Assembly: GCA_051362555.1 (NCBI GenBank)
Contig: CM120640.1
Span: 59,932,788 to 59,996,787, forward strand
Origin: Lingula anatina
Taxonomy: Eukaryota; Animalia; Brachiopoda
Length of the DNA stretch: 64,000 nucleotides
Direction: 5' to 3'
Part shown: piece by piece, positions 53,229 through 63,652 of the stretch
Numbering within the stretch: position 1 is the first letter of the stretch
How the letters are laid out: every line of letters begins with the position of its first letter
Made by a program: the position numbers and the translations under genes
The notes under the pieces: model-generated
What the model was told of the DNA's origin: nothing
The model's input: the letters and a program-made list of their open reading frames with translations, nothing else
Database searches by the model: none

Positions 53229-54567
53229 TAAAACTTGAATTGTTTTGAAATTCATTTTTTTTTTTTAAGATCCAAACAAGTGAAAGTGAGAAAGTTGGGA
53301 ATTTTTCCGTAGTACGTGATATCATTGGTCCAAGTTAGCGTTCATGAAACCAAGAAGTTATAAGAACTTCTTGATGAAACCGAACTCCCAATTTCTCTCT
53401 CTCTCTCTCTCTCTCTATCTTTCCCACGCTTTAGATAATGACAATACACAACATAACAGTGTGCGGCTGAGACAATTCGCATTGTGTTTTCTTTGCAAAG
53501 AGACGGGGTCTGTGATCATAATCAGTTAGACTACCGAGCACCTCGCCCCCGTTGCGGCCTGTGTCATAAACAATGCTTCAATGTGTAATCCCTGGTGGAT
53601 TGCAGTCAACAAAAACTGTCTCCAGTGATTACTTCACACGCAGTCAATGAGGAAAACAAATATCAGTATTTCTTATTGATAATAGCGCGGTCAATGTCCA
53701 CACGTGCCTATTTCTGTATACTTTTGTGTAGACCAGACCACTTTGCTTTTTTGAGAGTAATAGGCGTCGAAAATAATAAAGAATATCGATAAGACAAAAA
53801 TATTAGACTCCCAGGCAGGATCGGCAAACTTTGTTCTGCAAAGATTTGAGTAAGACACAGTTCATATCACCCGATACCAAACTAGGACCCACCTAACATT
53901 ATAGGTCCTAGTACCAAAGAAAAATATATTTTTCATTAAGTTTTTTTGAGATAATGAGCCGAGTTATAAAGTGACGAGATGTGCAGAGCACACTGTATAC
54001 TTTTAAGTCTCCTTTTGAGTTGTGGTGCACGGATAATTTGACTTGAAACATTTGATGGTAAGTGTCTCCGTTGAAAACAACCAAGGTGCCAACCTGAATC
54101 AAGGAACCACCAGGTCGTAAGGACATCACACACGCACTTTCTCTCCCCCCCCCTCTCTCTCTCATCTCTCTCTCTCTCTCAGGTCTCAAATGAACAGTTT
54201 TTACAAATGGCTGTTAATAGCTGAAATCCAATCATGATATGCTCTAATTCAGGCCAGGGAGAAGATAATAAGTGGCGTAGCTTTTTATCTATTGATGCGA
54301 GATACTGCAGGAGACGGTTATGATCGCCTTTTTCCATTAATCATTTTATGCCCAATGACAATACGATGGCTTTTCACGTACGGTAAAGCCTTCAAGGCAA
54401 GGCAAAGCAGTCGGATATACAAAAATTCATCTTGAAACCCCTCCTTTACAGTATTTCTATTAGATGGCGCAGAACTCATCATTATTCATGGGAAATATCT
54501 GACCGAGATTATTTGACATAACTTATATGTACCATGAAAAGTACCCGTGTTTGTTATTAAATCATAT

Positions 54568-54650
54568 CAAGGGGCAGATCCAGGATTATTTGAAGGGGGG
54601 TCCGGGACCCCCCCCCCCTCCCCCCATGACCCTCCTCTAAATCCACCACT
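54568..54650. mobile_element. Tiny GC-rich MITE
   Basis: AGGGGCAGATCCAGGA...CTAAATCCACCACT, flanked by ATCATAT on both sides. Confidence 0.5.
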
Positions 54651-55774
54651 ATCATATGATGGTTCATAATCACAAAACTTGATTTATTTCAAAACAGAAC
54701 AGAACAGTGATGTGCTACCTTCGTCTTGTTGTGCGGAATCCACCGTTCCGTTCAGCAAACGTTGACTCGTATTTCCCTCCAATCTTTTTAAAGGCTACCT
54801 TTTTTTATGACAGAGATATGTAGAAAACTAATTAAACGAAGGGAATTTCTTATCAGCCGTTTTGGTTCTTATACCCTTATAGTAGGTATACCTAGCCTTC
54901 TCTATTTCCCACGACTTTTAAATGTCTGTCACGTTCTTTTCTCTGTGTTACCAGCAAAGCAGATCGAGGGGATTAGTAAAAATAAAACTGAATGCAATCA
55001 ACTAGGAGGCCACTATGTCAAAGTTACCATCGTAAACAAAAACAAAAGACAAAAGAATTGGACATTATTGAGACTAGTCCCGGTATCCTTTGAATATCGA
55101 TGCATGTGAACACACTTAAAATACTAAAAAAAATCACATCATTTCAATATATATATATATATAAATATATATACATATCCCTTTTTACATAGAATTTTTT
55201 CTCTTTCTTTCCAAATCAGAGAGAGAGAAGGGGGATCTACTTAAAAAGAGAACTTTTTCATTGTAAGTACGACGAAAAATCAAACTTAAAAAGTTCTAAA
55301 AAGGTCATTGTAGGGTCACGCACTAGACCCCCCACTGTTCGCCGGCCTCTCTCATCTTTAAATTTTTGTCCTACTTTTATCTCATCTCTCAGCAACTACT
55401 TAAAAGATCCTTTTATTTTTCAACAAACTTGTTAGCAGCCATTCATTTGATTGCAAATAGCGTGGCGCTTCGAACTAACAAAGATACCACCTCTTCGCTC
55501 AATGCATTGACCTTCCCAGAGGTTTAGTGTTCAGCTGACTTACGTCACCAAACAGGCAAAATTTGTCGCCCAACTGTCTTCATGCTCTCCTGCTTATCTT
55601 AATTGATAGGTGTCAATCTGAAGAAGAATCTTCGGTGAATTAGAAAATGCGCGTGCTCAGAGCTGTTACACATGCGTAATAGCCCTAATTGCGAGCAAAG
55701 CTCCGCCTCCTCCACGGACCGATTTATTAGCGGGGAAGTACGAAAAGTCTTCAGATAGACTCAAAAACTTCCAA

Positions 55775-56782
55775 ATGGCAGCGTTTTATCCCCCGTGCTC
55801 AGGTCTTTCCGAAGAGCTGACAAGATTGTTTAGGTAAGAATACGAGCGTTTAAGATGTAACATTAAGTACGTCTTTCTTAGTGATACTCGAATTGATTTG
55901 CTTGAAGTAAGAAAAATACAATTTTTAAATTAAAATTGAGAAGAAAACTTTCGTTACTTCAAATATGAAATAATCTTATTTTCAGCTTGCCACCTCCGAG
56001 CAGAGCCTCAGTTTGCTTAAAGCAGGCAGATGAGCAGTCGTTAGTTGATGTTCGTGTTCCCCGTGTAGACAAGGAATTTGACATAGATCCCTTTGATGAC
56101 TGGGAAAGAAACGGCAGGTCAAGTGACATTGACGAGTTCGACAGGCTGTTGTGGGCCCTGAGAGAGAACTGCAGTGCCAACTCCGGGAATCAGCGCCGCC
56201 GGACAAGTAGCAGCGGGAGTAGCCACAGCGGCGGCCGCGCCGACCAGAACCAGGGGATGGGGCGCAGTGTCTGTGTGTTCTGCCGCAACAACAACGAACC
56301 AAAGTCGTGGTTTACCAGTCACCGCCTGAAGGATGACCAGGGACACGTCGTTTGCCCTGTCCTGTCTGCTTACACCTGCCCTTACTGTGGAGCCACTGGA
56401 TCTAAGGCGCATACTAAGAAATATTGCCCAAAGAGAACCCCAAATACTTTACAGGTTGGTAAAATTTATTTTTACTATATGTTATTTTCCCACGCATCTA
56501 CTAAAATATTTTGGAGATCGCATTGAAACATTATATCTGCTTTGTTATTTTGTATCTTCTAATATTACTATCACCTACCAATTTTTTGTATAAATGAAAA
56601 AAATTAATCGGACAAGAAAGTGAACGTGAAAAGGTATAGGGAATGTTCCCCCCAGTTATGCACATGGTAATATCATTATGATATTCTAAATCTCACCACA
56701 TTAGAAAATGAAGATGTTGAAATTTTATTTTGTTGAATATTATTTGTTTCAGGAGATTGGGAAAGCCACTGCCTTGTGTTGA
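55775..56782 (+). CDS. nanos: Nanos (2x CCHC zinc finger), 3 coding exons: 55775-55833, 55986-56454, 56753-56782 (~185 aa)
   Basis: [43 protein letters not shown] is the Nanos domain. Exon 1 (AAATGG start, AG|GTAAG donor) is phase-compatible with the TTCAG acceptor at 55985. The last exon is less certain because an alternative donor lies 4 nt downstream. Confidence 0.92.
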
Positions 56783-57475
56783 AAGGTCCAAGTGGTTAAG
56801 TTATGAAGTGGGAGGAATTATCCAGGCAAAATGTTTTTATACCTCTATAATTTGAACTGTCATCACAGGTTGAGAGCAGTATAAGTTTGTGTCCTAAAAA
56901 CTTGTGTGCCACTCAATAAATGCCATGTTTAATTTTTTCTTACTGTAAAATATATATTTTAGTAGTTTTACACCTATATTGATTTGTTATTTACAGTGAT
57001 TTGTAGTCATTGTACAAAAGAAACTTGAACGTATTGTAGTTTATAATAAGTATTACAATTAAATGGCAATAACATTACTGAAGTACATTTATTAAGACTG
57101 CATGTTCAAGTTGAAAACCTTTCAGTAGTAATTTTGTAGACAGTGTAACCTCTTAAGCAAATAGGCTGAATTGTAAGCAATATTTTCCTTTATCAGTAGT
57201 ATTTTAGTATTCATTCATAACATTTTTCAGTGATTTTGAAAGTTGAATAGCAGTTTTGTTCTATGCAATTTTTTAATCATTCCATTGGAGAACATGTACA
57301 GGTTCCCAATTTTGTAGTTATTATATATTTTGTTGTTTTAAATTTCCCCAGTGGGGAAGAATTCAATTGTTATTAGCATAGGCACATTTATTAAAGAGGC
57401 ATTCTTAATAATAAAGTTTGAATTGACATTTCAAAAAATGACTTGGATCTTTTCTTAATAAAAAAGAACAACTAT

Positions 57476-57630
57476 GGCCCCATTCAGAATAGGAGGGTTA
57501 AATGTAGCTGACTCACTTGAATACTTCCCCATGTAATATCTATTCAGTGTATTAATGGATTAGACTGCAAGCATTGAAGGGGTACTATATTTGACCCTCT
57601 GACTAGTTATCCCCCTGTGTAAATGGGGCC
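57476..57630. mobile_element. MITE family E (155 bp)
   Basis: TAT|GGCCCCATT...AATGGGGCC|TAT, with internal inverted repeat GAGGGTTAAATGTAG / CTATATTTGACCCTC. Confidence 0.7.
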
Positions 57631-57899
57631 TATTATCTTACTTGCCCTCTTTTTAAAAGCTAATGCTCAAAGAAACATTAAATTTGTGGTCTGGTGAAGG
57701 AAAAATGAGGAATTAATTCTATTCTTGCTCAATTAAAATTTTGGCATTTTGAAGATCCCATGAAAATTGGAAAAAATCTTGGAAAGGGATGTCATATGTG
57801 GATTTGGAACATTCAGAGAGGCGTATCCTTCTTGTTGAGTTGATCCAGCTCTGTAATTACCCCTAGAGGTGTGTCATTCAGTTAAGCTGATTGCACTTA

Positions 57900-58420
57900 G
57901 GCACCGTTCACATGAAAAATCTAAATTCGTAAGATCCAAAAATCCATTGGCGGTATCTAGTGATCACGGTGTGCCCCCCGAATACCCCGCAGTATAATTA
58001 ACTAGCAGAGTGAGTGAGTTAATTCCAAAGCTGTAATTAATTCTCGGCTGTGCTTGGAGGAGATTCCGACACCTTGACGCATGTGCAGTAATAAGTTACA
58101 GAGAAAGAAATTGCGGTTTCCCTTAAAAATGTGTTTGTCAATTTTGTGCAACAAGACTAAGAAGATGAGGTTCATATACACACGACAGATTATGAGTGCG
58201 ATCTGATGAACTCCACAGTTTAGAGATACTTCTGCGCATGCAGCAAGGTGCCAGAATCTCCTCCGAGCACAGCCGAGAATTAATTACAGCTTTGGAAGTA
58301 ACTCGCTCCCTCTGCTAGTTAATTACGCAGCGGGGTATTCAGGGCACAGACCGTGATCACTAGATACCGCCAATGGATTTTTGGATTTTTAGAATTTAGA
58401 TTTTTCATGTGAATAGTGCC
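57900..58420. mobile_element. Fold-back MITE family F (521 bp, ~190-bp TIRs, Harbinger-like)
   Basis: TTA|GGCACCGTTCACATGAAAAATCTAAATTC...GAATTTAGATTTTTCATGTGAATAGTGCC|TTA; the arms are complementary over ~190 nt. Confidence 0.93.
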
Positions 58421-58472
58421 TTAGCATTAGCCCCAGGACTGACCCAACTAGTATGATCTGAATGCTCCCTTT

Positions 58473-58729
58473 GGAACCATTCCCAGTCCCTATCGTACTT
58501 ACTGTGGATCGATGTATCTCCAAGATGATTCTGGCTAAATTGCAATCAACTTATATGGCTTAGATGTCTGTTACGCCTACTGAAGTTACTCAGGGATAAT
58601 GAACTATCGTTAAGTAGCTTCAGTAGGTGTGTCAGACATCTAAGCCGCTTAAGCTGAAAGCAATTTAGCGAGAAGGCCCTTGGAGATAGATCAATCCTAT
58701 TAGACTGATCTAGGTATGGGAACCCAGTC
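58473..58729 (+). mobile_element. Fold-back MITE family C, intact copy
   Basis: Imperfect full-length palindrome (GCTAAATTGC..GGCTTAGATGTCTG..CCTACTGAAG / CTTCAGTAGG..CAGACATCTAAGCC..GCAATTTAGC); matches the split copy at 33769-35002. Confidence 0.85.
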
Positions 58730-58732
58730 TTA

Positions 58733-58946
58733 GGGCGTATTCCCAGACATTTAGATCGAGCTATCCCCGTGGGGAGTCTCACTAGATTACTGTCAGATAA
58801 TCCATCTTAAATGTCTTTCCCGCCTACTACAAGCTGTAAGGGGGTAATTAACTTCCGTGCCCGCTCGGTTGACAGCTATTTAGCGTGAACCCCCAGGGAG
58901 TTAGGTTGATCTAGTTTGGATCGATCTAATCTCTGGGAATGGGGTC
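58733..58946 (+). mobile_element. MITE family A, third copy
   Basis: TTA|GGGCGTATTCCCAGA...TCTGGGAATGGGGTC|TTA; it abuts the C copy. Confidence 0.9.
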
Positions 58947-61204
58947 TTAGTGTCAGCTACATTAAACCAAATGGCCACCTGAAGCAGACACTTCCTGCAT
59001 AGGAATTTCCTTATGGATGCATTTCTTATCAAGATTGGAATATAGCTAGACCTCCTTTTTTTACAGTGCATTAATTTAGATCTGAACATGATCTGTGAAG
59101 ATGTGACACATTCACGCAGTTCCAAAGAGATGCAGCAAATGACACTTCGATTTTGCGCGGAAGGGGGCTTGCTGCAAATGATATTCAGCTCATAAGATAT
59201 ATGTTAATTTGAACAGCCAATGTTACCAAAAATTAAACTTTGAAAAAGATTAAAACAGTCTGCAAAATGAAATGATTTCTAATTTTATTTATGTCCAGAC
59301 TATTCACAAGTAACAACCCTAGTAGATTAGCTGGTACACCAAGTGCTAGAATTGACTTCTTGGTTCTAACATATGCATACAGATCTGCATATTTTTCCAC
59401 ATTCAATGCTAGTCACTTAATTTACAAATGAATACACTTGGACTAGCAATACCTTACAGCAGAGCTAATCAAGTAAAAGGATAAAACTTTACTAAAACCA
59501 AGCTACATCAAACAGACCTGACCTAGTCCTTCCAGTGTGATACTCAAAGAGCACCACTGAATTAGACATAAATGCCCCTTGTTTCAATGTGAGAACATGA
59601 AGGGTTCAATTCATTACTTAGTACTCGGAATATCAAAGATATGCACAAGTCACTGGATAACTTAACTAATACTCAACTTAAAAGGAACTAACTTAACTTT
59701 TGTGAAATAGAAAACCCAAACTATTCACATTTTACTTCATATTAAGTGTTTTTACCTTTCCCACATTAAGATGTATTAATCATGATAGTTAAATTTAATG
59801 GTCAATTGATTGCACAATTATAAGATAGCAGCGATTGTACCTTAAAATGTTCTTAATCTTATTTTCAATCACTTCTAAGCGAAATTTTACTTTTACTACA
59901 ACAACACAAAAGGACTTCTTTAAAGAGCTAATTCTTTGTAGCTAGAATTCACTTGTATCACAGTAGAAAGGAACCATACAGTTACAGGTAGTAATGCAAG
60001 CTATAAGTAAATAACTTAGGCAGGCACATTGTACAGCCATATAGTAGTGGAGCTTAAAACATGCTACTTACAGACTGATTTTAACTCCTCAGTTTTTAGC
60101 TACTTAAAACTAGAAAAGAAGCCCCATATTTGTGATGAAAAGTCTTATTGGTCTTTCATAATCAACATTTTACATAACCCTGTCATAGCCAAATTCTATA
60201 CAGGATATCAAGAAGTCATCCAGGATATGCAGATGGCGTAATGCAATCTGAAAGAACTGTGAATCTTTACTGCTTCTACTGAACTACTCAAGTTCCATAC
60301 ACAAGCAGGGAAAATAATTAAGTCTCCATTTTTCAACATGTCTATGACTTTCAACATTTGAAAAAAGATCAAATTATATGTATATTGCACAAATCTCATT
60401 AATTGCTGACTGTTTTATAAATTAATCTAAAAAAAAAATTCAACAAAGAGTTACATTGTACATGTGCAATTTACAAGCTTTAGATTACACAATCACATGA
60501 CTTCAGTATCAAAGGTTAGTCTACAAGGCAGCATGTTAACTCCATCGGGACCTATAGCAGCAAAATGGAAAGGTCCACTAGTCACTAAGCTTACCTACCC
60601 TTGATTTCCAAATCAATTATGACTTTTCTATAGACTACATTAAATTGTTTATTTTTAAGTTATAACTAAAGCACCATCTAAACAAAGTGTGTCTTACTGT
60701 TTGGATAATGATACATCCAAAAACAGAACATTTTCACGAAAGAAGTCTGATTTTGACCTGAATAAAATATGAGGATATAAGAACAATTATTTCTAAAAAA
60801 AAAAAATCCACAAAATTGTGAAATTAAGGTCAATTCTCTCTTAAAGACATGTTACAGCACCCAACTCCTGAAGATGAGTGTTCAACCTTCTTTAATTATG
60901 CTTCACATATGTATGCTCTCCTTCCTGCTATTCTGCACCACTTTTAACTGATCTTCACCTAACTGGGAACTGCTTCTGCAGCTGACTTACACCTGAACTT
61001 TAGTTACAACAAAACATGAGACGGGGTTATGACTTACAAACACCACTACACATTGTATTCTTCAAACTATTACAACACAATGTAAGACAACTTTTACTAC
61101 AGCAGTCATTCCCACTCAGGTTGTCAGCTGTGTAGGGTTGGTGTGGAAGCATCCATTGGTTTTGGGAGTATTTCTCTCAGCATACATGTCCATGGTAACA
61201 AATC

Positions 61205-63652
61205 TCAGTCCTTCTTCTTCTCATCCTTGCCCTTGACAACATCCTGCTTGCTGTCCTTAGTTGTCCCGTTTTCCTTCACCTCCTCCTTCACCCTCCTCAG
61301 AGCATCCCACATCCCTCCCATGAACACTGCACAGAACAAGTTCTCAAATGGAAGGAATGGATCATGGATACCCAAGAGGAGAGAGGACAGACGGAAGTAG
61401 ATGAAGAAGATCACAATGCCGAAGTGGATAACAGCGTGGGGTGCTGTTAGGTAGTTCATACGCTCCAACACAAAGATGAGGGCTGCCGCAATACAAGCCT
61501 TTGTAGTGCTGCAATGATAATGTAATTACATGGAACACTGTCATGATAGCATTATAAAATCAATCCTTACTCTCCTTGCCCATTATTGAGGATTTTTACT
61601 AAAAGAAGCAGTATGAAGAGACATTTTCAATTCATAATTCAAAAGACAAACTTTATTTGAGTGAGAAAACCCTAAGTGATAAAAATACATGATACAGCAA
61701 TTGCAGTGTCATTACATTGTAAGATATCTTTTGTTTCTAATTTAAAAAAAAACAATGTGGGCCAGTTGTGTTATGCATTAGAAATCATATATATATATAC
61801 ATATCTAACACTATCTAATTCAAAATCATTTTCGGATATATTGTCATATAAGAGTACAAATGAAGCTCCAATCCTTTTTTTTCTGATTAAAATAGGTTGT
61901 TTTCATTAAACCATATGATTTAACTGTGCACATATTCCACCAACCCCTGCATTATACTCACAACGATGGCTGAAGGAGCTCGTTAGTGGTAGGGATCCAC
62001 AAACCTCTCACGAGGCGTTCAAAGTTTTTGATGACATAAGAACCACTTCCTATAAAAATTATGCACAATTCAAATTGCTGAGCAACTGACTTGTGGTCCT
62101 CTTTGATGACGTGTCCTTCCCATTGAAAACTATGAGGAGTAATTTCACTTTTGTTTGTCTCAGTCAGATATGATCTTCCCAGAATTAGAAAATATCTCTT
62201 ACTTAATGCATTTTCATCGCAGTAAAATTAACAGAAATTTTGCAACCTCAAACAGTAAAGGTCTACTGAAAATCATTCGCTGTTATGTCATTGTCATTGG
62301 GAAAGAGTGCATCACCACAGAGTGCCCAGGAACAGATGGAATCAAGACAAATAAATTTCACATCTTCATTGATTCCATCTTCCTATAATCTTTCAACAAA
62401 AGCTTGATCAAAAAGTAATCAATTTAATCAAGTCTTTGTTGTTTTCAATGTGATGAACATAACAAACCTTATGTACTTACAATGTTGGTAATAAAATTTC
62501 ATTAACTGTTGGAATCCACACTCCTCGTACCATACGCTCAAAGCTTCTCATAAAAGCAGCACCACCTCCTACAAAATCCAATGTGCTCACAAATCACACA
62601 AAACAATGGTGGGAAAGGAAAGTGCAGGGAGAGATGCAGGGTCCACAGTGCAGTCTGCCAAGGACAGTGCAACACTGGGGGGAAGGAAACAGCACAAAAG
62701 TGCAGGTAAACAGATAAGAAAACAGAAAAGAAAGAAAAATTCAAACTGCTACTCAACAAAATAACAACATGATAAACATATACAATGGTGACTTAAAAAC
62801 AGTATATTGCTCTGATGCAACACTTACTCAGCAAATATGAACATGCAGATGTGTAACAAAATGTCTTTGTAACTTGCTTCCACAATGAAAAATCAGATTA
62901 ATTACTCAGCCATTGGAAAAATTATACAAAAAATCTTAAATTATTGTTGATGTGACATCAACTCCCTTTCATACTTTCAATGATTCGTAACAGTTGCAGA
63001 TGTCAAACCACTGCCCAGTTGTAACAACTATTTCATTGCTAACCACTGCCCAGCAGTTGCAGTTATAATAATAAATGCAATGTATAACCATTACTTACTT
63101 GTAACAGCTACCACAATGTTCATCTATTCCCAAGTTGTTACAACTAACAATGTTCAGCAGTAACAATTAACACAACACTTAACTGCTGACCAGCTGTAAC
63201 TACTAACACAATGTATAACCATTGCCTAGTTATAACAACTAGCACAATGTCCAAACATTGCACAGCTGTTACAACTAGCACAATGGTCAACCACTACCCA
63301 GTTTTGACAACTCCAACTGCACCCCCACCTCCAACAATTGACAGCACTTTTGAAGCAAGAAATATAATAGAAACATTTCCATTATGAAGGCCATGACATC
63401 TGACCGACTTCCTAATCATGTGAAAGCTTGTAAGGCTGATTATTTGTTTTCTGTTGCATTTACAAACCTCGTGACACAGCGATTATAATCATTAAAAGGT
63501 AAGCATTTGGATGAAGCTTTGCAGTGATGGCAACTCCGTCATGAACTTGTTTGGCCCTCCGAATTTCAACAGCAAGGAATGCAACTACACGGAGGGGCAA
63601 TAATCTCATAGTTTTGTAGCAGATATCCATAGGTGAGTAGTTGATCAAGTAC
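61205..63652 (-). CDS. TMEM38: Trimeric intracellular cation channel (TRIC/TMEM38), 3' partial: exons 63652-63468, [62568-62481 or 62049-61962], 61508-61205
   Basis: (W)YLINYSPMDICYK..LPLRVV..EIRRAKQVHDGV..AKLHPNAYLLMIII; FER.VRG.WIPT.NE; TKACIAAALIF..HFGIVIFFIYFRLSSLLLGIHDPFLPFENLFCAVFMGGMWDAL; C-terminal KKKD* dilysine ER-retrieval motif. Confidence 0.92.
61962..62049 (-). CDS. TMEM38: TMEM38 alternative exon B (88 nt)
   Basis: ttttatag|GA...TT|gtgag; encodes (G)SGSYVIKNFERLVRGLWIPTTNELLQPS(F). Confidence 0.9.
62481..62568 (-). CDS. TMEM38: TMEM38 alternative exon A (88 nt)
   Basis: ttttgtag|GA...TT|gtaag; encodes (G)GGAAFMRSFERMVRGVWIPTVNEILLPT(F). Confidence 0.9.
62987..63312. repeat. 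Degenerate 36-bp minisatellite in a TMEM38 intron
   Basis: About 9 units resembling GTAACAACTAGCACAATGTATAACCACTGCCCAGTT. Confidence 0.75.

Noticed and set aside
55959-56593. Overlapping ORFs around nanos exon 2
   Set aside because: Shadow frames. The 179-aa track ORF starts at a TTG just after the acceptor and runs into the intron.
62290-62384. Possible third copy of the TMEM38 alternative exon starting at TATAG|GAAG
   Set aside because: In-frame TGA after five codons, no FER/RG/WIP similarity, and no donor at 88 nt.
62987-63312. 36-bp repeat as a Thr-rich coding repeat on the + strand
   Set aside because: Stops and indels break the frame, there are no splice signals, and it lies antisense within an intron.
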